A DNA stretch of 64,000 nucleotides, taken from contig OZ024747.1 of the NCBI GenBank assembly GCA_964016885.1, positions 1,984,001 to 2,048,000 of the forward strand, written 5' to 3'. Position numbers and translations under genes: made by a program. Source of the stretch: Eledone cirrhosa (taxonomy: Eukaryota). This document shows, one piece after another, positions 52,901 through 64,000 of this stretch (position 1 is its first letter; the number at the start of each line of letters is the position of its first letter). Below the pieces are notes generated by a model. That model saw only the letters and a list, made by a program, of their open reading frames with translations, did not search any database and had not been told where the DNA came from.

Positions 52901-53739
52901 TTCTGTTTTTAACCCAGCTCTATACTCCATTAGTGAGATACCATGGCCACTGAAGCAGTATACACTGAACATTATAACAAGATAAACTTATTATTTTATT
53001 AACTAGTTCAGTTATTTTATTAACAAAAATACAATGTTTCAATGACAGTATTCTACATTTATAAATAGTGGAATTAATTATAAAACAGATAAAAATGTGT
53101 AAAATATGAAAGTATGTTCATCTCTTGTGTGAAATTTCAATTTCTGATGTTTTATTCAAATTATTATTTTTTATTTATTTTTGATTATTAATTTTTCAAA
53201 TTATCTTTCCATTTTATCTCAACAGATTTCAATAAGAAACAATTTCATTATATGATATAAACTATGTTTTTCTTTCTTCTCTTATAAATTGGTTATATGG
53301 ACTGACAATAATAATTTAGCATAATTTCTTCACATTGCTTTCCAATAAAACATCTATTAATTTTCAAATAAAGCTTGACCAGCCACATGCCATACAATCT
53401 ATTTTGTTTTCTAATCCATATTCTAAACATTTATATTCTCATGTCAGTGGATAATTATTGTAATTTAGCAGACTGACGAAAGTTTTAAAAGAAATAATTA
53501 AGAGAAAATTAGGTGAACTTTATGAATTCTAAAACATGTTGCTTATAAGACAAAAATATATTGTGTATCTGTCCTGTATATGAAGCTAGAATAATGTTTA
53601 GTATTTTGAAGATAAAAGATACAATTTTAAAATCTGGTTAATACCCAGCCAAAGGTAATTTATATTTTTTGGTTGGGTGGGGTGGGGTGGATTATCCATT
53701 TGATGAGCACATCATGAGGAACAAAATGGAAGACCTTTA

Positions 53740-54100
53740 CAGGATCGATAAATAAAGTCCCGGTAATGCATTTATGTTATCGAACCCATAAAAATGAAAG
53801 GCAAAGCCAACCTTGGCATGATTTGAACTCAGAATGTAAAGGGACGTAACTACATGCCGTAAAGTATGTTGGTTGAAGCTCTACCAAAACTGCTAATCCA
53901 CTATAATAATGGTTTCTGATTTAGGCACAAGGTTAATAATTTGGTGGGGTAAGGAAAGTTGACCCTAGTGCATTACTGGTACTTTATTTTATCGAACTCG
54001 TAAGGATGAAAGGCAATGCTAACCTTGAAAACAGAATGTAAAAGGCAGGAACTCTCTACTGTGAAGCCTGGTGTTCAATACTCTACCAGTACTGCCAATC
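53740..54100 (-). mobile_element. Two diverged tandem S1 SINEs
   Basis: Family similarity. Confidence 0.7.
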
Positions 54101-54254
54101 CATAACCCTTACATTAATAGTAAAATATATTCATATAGGCCTAAACATTGCTTTGCGTCCCCAGGTTCAATTACAAATGTCTTCTCTCTCAGCTATTGGA
54201 TGTTGAGTAGACCAATGGCTTCTGAGAGGAAGTTGGAAATATATATTTGAAAAT

Positions 54255-54420
54255 ATAATAATAATAATAATGAAATTATTGTGTACAGTGCTCAGGTGCA
54301 CTACAACTCATCAAAGGTGCATGTATAGTACATAGAATAATATACAAAAGTCAGGGAAGTGAATAGTGTATGAGTCATGATATACATGTGTGTGTATGGA
54401 GGGGGAATATCAGGTGTAGT
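54255..54420 (-). mobile_element. CR1 3'-end fragment
   Basis: Near-identical to 46445-46610. Confidence 0.85.
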
Positions 54421-55104
54421 TGTCATCTTCCAAGAAATTCTCAGAAGTAGCTAAAACTGAAATACAGAACTGGAACTGTAGACTCAGCTCCCTCCATACT
54501 TCTTTTCCACGTTATGGAGATTACCAAAGATTTTACAATCCTTACAAAACACAAAACCATCATCACCATCATAAATAACAACAGCAGCAAGAAAAAATAA
54601 TTGTTTTTCACTTTAAGAAAAATAATTTCTCTCTATAATCATAAATACAACATGAACCATAATTTGAAACAGCAACGAGTGAAAACAAAACAAAAACACA
54701 AAAAAACACAAAACAAACAAAAAGATGCAAATCAAATAAAAAACCCAACAAAAACCAAATATTCTCCACTAACATTATTGAAACTTGGAACTGGCAAATA
54801 AAGGAAACATACATATATATATATACATACATACACACATACATATACATACATACAAATACATACATATATACATACACACATACAAATACATACATAC
54901 ACATACATACAAATACATACATATATACACACACACAAATACGTATGTATACATACATATACACACACTGACACATATATACACACATACAATGAGACTT
55001 CAATAACAATAAACAACGACAAAAACGAAACATAAAATACAACAATCAGGTAAACAAAAACAATACAAACAGTAAAACATAAAACTAAGAAAACAATAAC
55101 AAAA

Positions 55105-55306
55105 TTACTACCACTACTACTGCTACCACCACCACCACCACCGCTACTACCACCACCACTGCTATACCACCACCACTGCTACTACCACCACCACCACCAC
55201 CACAACTACTACCCCCACCCCCACCACCACTGCTACTACCACCACCACTTCTACCACCACCTCTTCTACCACCACCACCACTACTACTACCACTACCACC
55301 ACCACC

Positions 55307-55337
<31 letters not shown>

Positions 55338-55338
55338 A
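55105..55338. repeat. (ACC/ACT)n repeat
   Basis: Direct inspection. Confidence 0.9.
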
Positions 55339-56169
55339 CCAAGCTTAAATCTATTTTGACGAAATTATGCAAAAAAAAAAGAAAAAAAAATGAAATAAAA
55401 TGTCAGAGTTTCTCAAGGCATAAAACGATCTCATAAAAAGTGATTAAGTTGGGTAATTATTGCAGAAGAAATTCTGTGTGTCCTTCCAAGTGAAACTGGA
55501 ACCAAATAGAGACACCACTTTCTTTCCACATTGCTTTTTTTTTTTTTTGTTCATTCTAGTTATAAAACAACCAGAAAATGAAAGCAGTCTTTAAAAAATA
55601 AAACTAAAATGAGATGTAGTCATTACTGTTAAGTTTTATGGACCAACAATGTGAATAGTTTTACCTTGGTGTCATAAGCTTAATTATAATGAAGTTCAGT
55701 TTAAGCAAAAATCAATATTATGTGTGAAATTATTGTGAATTAAGCAAAATACCATCTAAAAATATATTTAATTACGTTTATCTGTTTTTTTTTAAAAGAA
55801 AAAATAAATATATATGTTTTCCAATTTCATTAACAGATTCAAAATATATCCGTAAGTCTTGTTCTTTGTGAATGTGTTTCCAATGGTGATTAAGATACAG
55901 TTTCACATCACTTCACAGATGTACAAAACATAATTATCAAAGAGGAAAATAACAGAAAAATAATGCAGACATTGTCTTTGATCCTTCTATTTCCAGTGGC
56001 ATTATCTTCATTTATTTTTATTTTTATTTGGAGAAGACAGTTTTAAGACAGTTTTTTAAATGCTGTTCACATTTCATATAACAGAGCTATCAGATTTATT
56101 ACTTTATCAAGAGAAGAGCAGTGAAGGTTTCTTTTAATTTTCTTCCAGTTCCTTTGAACAATAATAATA

Positions 56170-56345
56170 GTGGTTTCTGATTTAGGCACAAGGCCAACAA
56201 TTTTTGGGGTGGGGAAAGTTGATCAAATAAACCTCATTGTATTACTGGTACTTTATTTTATCGACCCTGTAAAGATGAAAGGCAAAGCTAACTTTAGTAG
56301 GATTGGAACTCAGAATGGAAAGGGATGTAACTATATGGCTGTAAA
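56170..56345 (-). mobile_element. S1 SINE
   Basis: Family similarity. Confidence 0.75.
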
Positions 56346-57265
56346 GGAAAGTAGAGGAATGGACTGTAAATGCCATAAATGAGAGGAAAAGGAAGGAAAA
56401 GCAAATACTCTTGGGCCACAGAAAAAGAGGGAAGAGGAGAGGGCTCTGGGCCTAGGGCGTGGTGAGGCTTGGGCTGTGTTTTTGTACTTTTAGATATATT
56501 TTTAAATTATTTGTATTGCTTAGCTTGAGGAGGAAGTGAATCTCTGATGACTTTTTTTTAGTTCCTCTGAGACAGTTGGAAGAAATGTATTGCAATAGAA
56601 TGGATTCTGCTAAAGGCAGCCAAGTGCCAGATGGTGATTTTATTACTGCTATTGAATTTTGTGGTCAAATTTAGCCAGTGTTTGTATACTTCTTTGGTAT
56701 GTTAAATGAGATTTGTCTCTCTCAGAAGAGAAAGATTACAGTGAAGTTACTTGGAGATTGTCAGAAAATAGTGAAATTGTAGTGAAGAAATTGAAACAGC
56801 AATTACATGTGATTGTGAATTATTTACAGAAGTGTCTGAATAGAATAATTTATTTGGTGTGAGAGTCCAACAGCTGAATTCATTTCTTGTGTGTATTGGC
56901 AAGTGTTATCGTTCTTACCAATTTGGAATTCTATATTAAACAGCATACTTAGATTGCAAATGTGTTACACTTGAGAGACAGCCGATTGCTGGATCAGAGA
57001 AAGAAAGTTAGTAGAAGAAACAGCTGTTGTTGTAGTGAATAAATACAATGGTCCACTGATGGAATAAAGGATATAGATTTGGTTTCTAAGTAAAGAAACA
57101 TACTATAATGATATCAAGGAATTTGCTGTGTTTTATCATTTTTTTTTAATTTCGTCAATAGCATCATTCCTTAGTTATATAATGTAAATTTCAGTAACCT
57201 GATTAATTTTTGTATTAGAACATTTTGAAGTTTATTTTGATTCTATTCCCGTTTGAAGCCCATAT

Positions 57266-57443
57266 GGCAGTATCGGTAGAGGGTCGGACGCCATGCTTTC
57301 CAGCATAGTTACGTCCCTTTATGATCTGAGTTCAAATCCCGCCGAGGTTGACTTTGCCTTTCATCCTTACGGGGTCGATAAAATAAAGTACCAGTAAGGC
57401 ACTGGGTAATTGCTGGCCTTGTGCCTAAAGTAGAAACAATTAT
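57266..57443 (+). mobile_element. Young S1 SINE
   Basis: Near-identical to 10340. Confidence 0.9.
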
Positions 57444-58389
57444 GAGCTAGTATCATAAATCTTATATATTATTCCTGCTAACATCCTTGGAATGAAGTTT
57501 GAAATTTGATAAATGACAAAGAATAATTATAAGGTTGGATATCAATATTATATTAGAAACTCACTATCTGGGTAATTGACTTGAACGGTTTTACTATTTC
57601 AGATAAATTTCAATGACTGCAAAGCCATTAAAATTTATAATTCACAGGTAGAATAAATAGACTGAAACAATGTGTGTATATTCTCTCTTCTGTATATTCT
57701 GCTTGCATATTAATCACTAAAGTTATCCATCAATTCATGATTAGATGTGTTGGCTAAACATGTCAGGAGAAATGGGAGCTATGAGATCTCTGTCTTTCTC
57801 AAGTACAATGGAAGAAACTTGTTGTGTAGTCCCAGGCCTAGCTTAAGGGAACTTCTCATGCTTTTCTAACTATGACTATTCTATCGTTCTTTTTTTTAGT
57901 CTTGGTGTATCTAAGACTAGAGGTCTTTATGTTTTAGGAGAGTAGAGTAGGAGTGATTTGAGGGAAATTTGGCTACTATTTCTAGTAGGACTGGTGATTG
58001 CATAGGTTTCTGTATTAGTTGAAATGTGGAGCAGAGTTTAGACTCAGGTAATTCAGGATTCAACAGTCTTCCAACCATGACTAACTTATTGTTTTTATAT
58101 ATCTAGGAGAACACTGACCTATATGTCTATTATATGAACATCATTTTTGCTTAAGTCACAAGGGCATGATTTCAAATATTTTGACTGCTGTTTCTAGCAG
58201 ATCTAGATTTTCTTTTCATTGCTTTTGATGTAAATAAGTTGAATCACTTTGTGAATTGGCAGGAACTTACCATTACTCTGCATGAAGTTGAATAAAATCT
58301 TATTTGCTAACTATGTGATTATTTACATAGGAACCATAGCATGGAGTTAGCCAGAAAATATGGTAATTGAGTGAAAACTCTTCTGAAGG

Positions 58390-58715
58390 AAACCTGCTCT
58401 GTTGGAGGTTTAACATTAGTGTGCAGAAATCTCAAAGCACAAATGAGTTGAAAGTAAAACTGGGTATATGAGCAATCAGATGTTGCATGCAAGAAAGCAG
58501 ACTGCACTGGCATGACATGTGATTGAATGATGACGGTTAAAGAAGAGACAGGGTATCCAAGTGTAAAGAAAGAAAGGAAGAGAATGGCTTAGGAAAACAT
58601 GGGCAGAAATGGTGAATGTTGATGTCAGGATACTGAACCTAACAAAGAAGATAAGAAATGAACTGCTGAAGAGGACTTGTACAATTAGGGAAAACAGACA
58701 TGAAATAATGATGAT
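58390..58715 (+). mobile_element. Old RTE 3' fragment
   Basis: Degraded homology to the ELRERL..IKCCVQERRLRWYGHV region. Confidence 0.5.
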
Positions 58716-59131
58716 TGAGATTTATTTTGTATAATTTATATGAGAGGCATATAAGCTGTGCCATTATCTAAGTCCTGATTCATCATAAATCCCTTCTGTT
58801 GACATCACCTTGATCGACCTTATAAATCCAGATGTTTGTATTTTTCATTCAGTTTAGGAGCAGCTGTACTTGTTTTAGAACAGTTCTTATGATGTAGACA
58901 ACACGACAGGTAAGAAGTGTTAGTAGTTAAGTCATAAGTTAGTCTGATGTCAACAACACATACTAATACTTTATATCAACAACACATGTACTAATACTTT
59001 ATATCAACAAAACATGTACCAATATTTTATATCAACAATACATATACCAATACTTTACTGTACACCACTGAGTTTAAGGTTTATGTTTCATACCAACAAG
59101 GCTGACTCCATATTTGGAGGTGAGGATTTAA

Positions 59132-59326
59132 CCCTTTAGCATTTACATTACTTTATATTTACTATTGTATTTTATTTATCCCATATAATATCGAATCTGA
59201 GATTTTAATATTATTTATTTTGAGAACAATACCTTAATATAAGTATGAGCAGCTGGTTATGGTTAGTGTGAACAGAAAGAGGTGAGAGAATTCTGGCCAG
59301 ATACAGCCAGATTAAATGTTGAAGGG
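59132..59326. mobile_element. piggyBac-like MITE
   Basis: TTAA|CCCTTTAGCATTTA ... TAAATGTTGAAGGG|TTTA. Confidence 0.55.
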
Positions 59327-59768
59327 TTTAAAGTTAAAAGGTTATTTTATGTGGTGTTATTTACAGGACTAATATTTTAGGTTGGTTTAGCTTCTTCCTA
59401 TCATATTCTCTCTCTATGGTATAACAAATATACATTCCTTGGCATATGAAGGTATAAAGAGACCTGGACTACTGCTTAGTTCACATCTAATCAATGAATC
59501 AGAAATAAATGTATAAAACCAATATATTCATAGAGAATATTTAACTTATATTTAAAGAATTATTGATTTTTTTCATGATACATGATTTGTTATTGTTGTT
59601 TAGCTCTTCACTAGACCTGAATAAACAGATGCAGTATGGTCGAATGATTAACAAGTTTACAATCATGAGGTTCTCAGTTCAACCTCACTACAACTTAAAT
59701 ATTTTGACTGTAGTCTCAGCTTGCTCTAAGACTTGTGGGTGCAATTGGTATATGGGAACAGTCTGGAC

Positions 59769-59880
59769 AAATCCCGCCGAGGTTAACTTTGCCTTTCATC
59801 CTTACGGGGTCGATAAAATAAAGTACCAGTAATGCTCTGAGATAATTGCTGGCCTTGTGCCAAAAGTAGAAACAATTATT
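59769..59880 (+). mobile_element. 5'-truncated S1 SINE
   Basis: Family similarity. Confidence 0.85.
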
Positions 59881-60115
59881 TTGTTTGTAAAGTGGAATAC
59901 TTTGTGAAGAAGATATTAATGCTGTTAATACGGTTGACCCCTCCTCATCCAATATGTAAAGTTGGATTGATCCGGATTTGAACACAGCAAAGAAACCACA
60001 TTTCTTAATGCATTCAATCAAACGCTTTGGCTATTTTAAACCACCTTATATATATATATATATGGTGGCTGCCAACTTGTTTTCGAGTACATACATATAT
60101 ATACATACATATATA

Positions 60116-60197
<82 letters not shown>

Positions 60198-60260
60198 TAT
60201 ATATATATATACACACATATATATATATATATATACACACATATATATATATATATATAT

Positions 60261-60455
60261 ATAGGAGTAAGTAAGACCCCGACGGCTGAGCTGAAGCCGT
60301 TTCGACGGCTAATTCTGTACAGAATTAGCCGTCGAAACGGCTTCAGCTCAGCCGTCGGGGTCTTACTTACTCCTATTACCCACTCTACTACCCCAAGTAT
60401 TGAGTACTTTGGTGCGTTATGGTCCACCTGGTTCCTTACCACTTTTCCTTCGCTA
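60261..60455 (+). mobile_element. PLE-like module containing a 116-bp perfect palindrome (60261-60376)
   Basis: 58-bp arms are exact reverse complements centred on TGT|ACA; followed by a conserved tail with ATG at 60419 (MVHLVPYH); (TA)n flanks. Confidence 0.75.
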
Positions 60456-60568
60456 TATATATATATATACATACATATATATATATACACATATATATAT
60501 ATATATATATACATATATACATACATATATATATACATATATACATATAAACCTACATATATATATAT

Positions 60569-60902
60569 CATTCATCATTTCATTTCATTTTACGTCCGCT
60601 TTTTCCCTGCTTGCAAGGGTGGGATGGGAACTGATGCTGGCTTGATTTCTACAGCTGGATGCCCTTCCTAACACCAACCTCATTTACAGTGAGTGCTGGG
60701 TGCTTTTTTGCTGTGGCACCTCCACAACCACTTTACAGTGGAATGATAAGGACCTCAGTCCCTATCATCTCATTTCTACAGCTGAGTAAACTGGAGCAAT
60801 GTGAAATAAAGTGTCTTGCTCAAGGAAACAACATCACCCGGTCTGAGAATTGAACTCACAACCTTTCGATTGCAAGCCCAATGCTCTAACCACTAAGCCA
60901 CA
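60569..60902 (-). mobile_element. CORE-type SINE S2 with RTE-B terminus
   Basis: Same chimeric tail as 17148-17447. Confidence 0.88.
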
Positions 60903-60918
60903 TATATATAAACATACA

Positions 60919-60956
<38 letters not shown>

Positions 60957-61026
60957 AACATACATACATATATACATACATACATATATATATATACATG
61001 GTGGTGGGTGCCAACTCGTTTTCGAG

Positions 61027-61086
<60 letters not shown>

Positions 61087-61155
61087 TATATATATATATA
61101 TACGTACATATATATATATATACACATATATACATATATATATATACATATATAC

Positions 61156-61186
<31 letters not shown>

Positions 61187-61439
61187 CACATATATACATA
61201 TATATATATACATATATACATATATATATATATACATATATACATATATATATACATATATATATACATATATACATACATACATATATAAATACATACA
61301 TATATACATACATATATATATACATACATATATACATACATATATATATACATACATATATACATACATATATATATACATACATATATATATACATACA
61401 TATATACATACATATATATATACATACATATATACATAC

Positions 61440-61470
<31 letters not shown>

Positions 61471-61524
61471 CATACATATATATATATATACATACATATA
61501 AACATACATATATATAAACATACA

Positions 61525-61562
<38 letters not shown>

Positions 61563-61601
61563 AACATACATACATACATACATATAAACATACATACATA
61601 T

Positions 61602-61632
<31 letters not shown>

Positions 61633-62037
61633 CATGGTGGTGGCTGCCAACTCGTTTTCGAGTATGGCCACTACTTTATATCCATGTAGGAGGACCCCTA
61701 CCGATGCGCTAAACAAGTGTGACTTTTTAGTCCAGCCAGCGACTTGAAAACTCTGGTACAAACACTACACTTGTGACAATTACTGACACATAGTGCTGGG
61801 CCCATGGTACCATGTGACGACAAGTGCAGAGAGATCTCCAGATATAAAGCAATGCCTCTGCCGTGAAGCTTTTATAGTGAGCAAAGGCACTGCACAAAGC
61901 CAGTCCCACTCTCTTAACCAAGATGATATTTACCAAAAAGAATAACAAGTCAACATCATTGGATACCATCAGGGTTGCAGGTGTTATATCAGAGTTTTCC
62001 TTCTCCTAGAATTCTGCCTTGACAAAGGGGTCATCCA
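61633..62037 (-). mobile_element. Internally deleted (bipartite) RTE derivative of a C2H2-bearing family
   Basis: RTE 5'-UTR-like CTAGGAGAAGGAAAACTCTGA at 61989-62009; [18 protein letters not shown] near 61700-61775; terminal hairpin ACTCG-AAAA-CGAGT and CCACCACC tail. Confidence 0.6.
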
Positions 62038-62098
62038 TACATATATACATATATATACATACATACATATATATACATACATACATATATATACATAC

Positions 62099-62132
<34 letters not shown>

Positions 62133-62206
62133 ACATACATATATATACATATACATACATACATACATATACATTCATACATACATATATATACATATAC
62201 ATACAT

Positions 62207-62237
<31 letters not shown>

Positions 62238-62414
62238 CATATATTATATATATATATATATAGTGAGAGAGAGAGATTTCTATATATATAAATCAAACAG
62301 ATCTATAAAATAATGTTAACCCAAGTTATTTTCATTGAATTGGAGTTCAAAATTAATATATATATATATATATATATACTGTATATATAGAGTGAGAGAG
62401 AGACACACACACAA

Positions 62415-62569
<155 letters not shown>

Positions 62570-62614
62570 TATAGACACACACACATATATATATATATAG
62601 AGAGAGAAAGAGAC

Positions 62615-62689
<75 letters not shown>

Positions 62690-63007
62690 TACCAAAACCA
62701 AATATTTCTAATTTAATCTCAGCTTATATTGATATATATTGTTCTTTTTCTCTAATGTGATATATGTGTGTGTGTGTATGTGTGACTGTGTGTGACTGTA
62801 TGTATATGTGACTATGTGTGTGAGTGACTGTGTGTGTGTGTGTATGTGACTGTGTGTGAGTGACTGTGTGTGTGTATGTGACTGTGTGTGTGTGTGTTGG
62901 GATGTATTTATATTAATAAAAAGATTTTTTGCATTATCTTGTTTTAAAGTGGAGAGGAATTATTGTTTGAGCAGCTAAAAATCTTAAATCTATGAAGAGA
63001 CCAAAAA

Positions 63008-63146
63008 TACACAACAACAACAACAGCAGCAGAGCAGCAGCAGAGCAGCAGCAGCAGAGCAGCAGCAGCAGCAGCAGAGCAGCAGCAGAGCAGCAGCAGA
63101 GCAGCAGCAGAGCAGCAGCAGAGCAGCAGCAGCAGCAGCAGCAGCA
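63008..63146. repeat. (CAA)/(CAG)/GCAGCAGA repeat
   Basis: Direct inspection. Confidence 0.9.
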
Positions 63147-63272
63147 ATGATTATGACAATGACATTGATGACTACAAATAAATAAAATGGAAGAATTACA
63201 ACAACAAAACAAAGGAATTACAACAAAACAAATAAAAACAAGAAAAATAACTGACTAGAGAAATATAATAAT

Positions 63273-63480
63273 GGTTTGTTATATAGGCACAAGGCCAGCA
63301 ATTTGGGGGGAGGGGAAAGTCAATTAAATCTACCCCAGTGTGTTACTGGTACTTTATTTTATCGAACCTGTAAGGATGAAAAAGGCAAAGCTAACTTCAG
63401 CAGGATTTGAACTCAGAAAGTAAAGGGACGTAACTCTATGCTGCAAAGTATGTCTGATGCTCTACTGATAATGTCAATCA
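63273..63480 (-). mobile_element. S1 SINE
   Basis: Family similarity. Confidence 0.8.
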
Positions 63481-63865
63481 ACAATAATAATAACAATAAT
63501 AATGATTTCATTTATTGGCCACAAGGACCGACATTTAGGGGACAATACAAAAGACAGGGACAGTGGGGGTTTACATTTACAATGTGTAAACAATATATAT
63601 AACAATAACAAAATAACAAAAATGCAACAAGGAAAATTCCTCAATAGTGGGGATAACCACCCAGGGTTGACTCAGGCACCCAACCAATCCTGAACCACTC
63701 GACGCCCTTATTAACCACAAAGGGTCTATAAAAACAAAACATTGAAGAAAGTAGAGTACTGCACAAGATGATACAATGAGTGACTGGACTCAGAACATAA
63801 AGGGTCGTAACTAAATACCACAAAGAATTTTGTCAGACACTCTACCACTTTTGCCAATCCACCAT

Positions 63866-64000
63866 ATAAGAAGGAGTTAGAATGGTGGAGTTGTAGACCA
63901 TATAAGGAGTTAGAATGGTGGAGTTGTACACCATATATGAAGGAGTTAGAATGGTGGAGTTGTAGACCATATAAGAAGGAGTTAGAATGGTGGAGTTGTA
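63866..64000. repeat. About 35-40-bp tandem repeat running off the window end
   Basis: AAGGAGTTAGAATGGTGGAGTTGTAGACCATAT, four copies with the last partial. Confidence 0.9.

Overview
AT-rich, microsatellite-saturated eukaryotic genomic DNA. The repeat repertoire and (TA)n load suggest a cephalopod (octopus-like) genome; this is an inference. No prokaryotic features, rRNA, true tRNA genes or CRISPR arrays are seen. The only well-supported host coding sequence is the last two + strand exons of an unidentified gene (2696-2861, 3434-3675), encoding a receptor-like cytoplasmic tail. A few further short exons are only candidates. The rest is mobile DNA: several RTE-clade LINE families (one 5'-truncated copy with about 806 open codons), a CR1-type LINE, a restriction-like-endonuclease LINE relic, an internally deleted DD37D Tc1/mariner, two or three tRNA-derived SINE families, MITEs and minisatellites that appear to have arisen inside retroposons. 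The most notable signal is a dispersed set of Penelope-like (PLE) terminal-repeat modules. They carry hammerhead ribozyme cores, promoter-like motifs and truncated ORF starts, and a GIY-YIG relic lies elsewhere in the window. One family forms long fold-back palindromes (116 bp perfect at 60261-60376) centred where a hammerhead stem II would be. A CORE-SINE that has swapped its 3' terminus between two RTE partner families is also visible. All calls were made by eye; no searches or folding were run.
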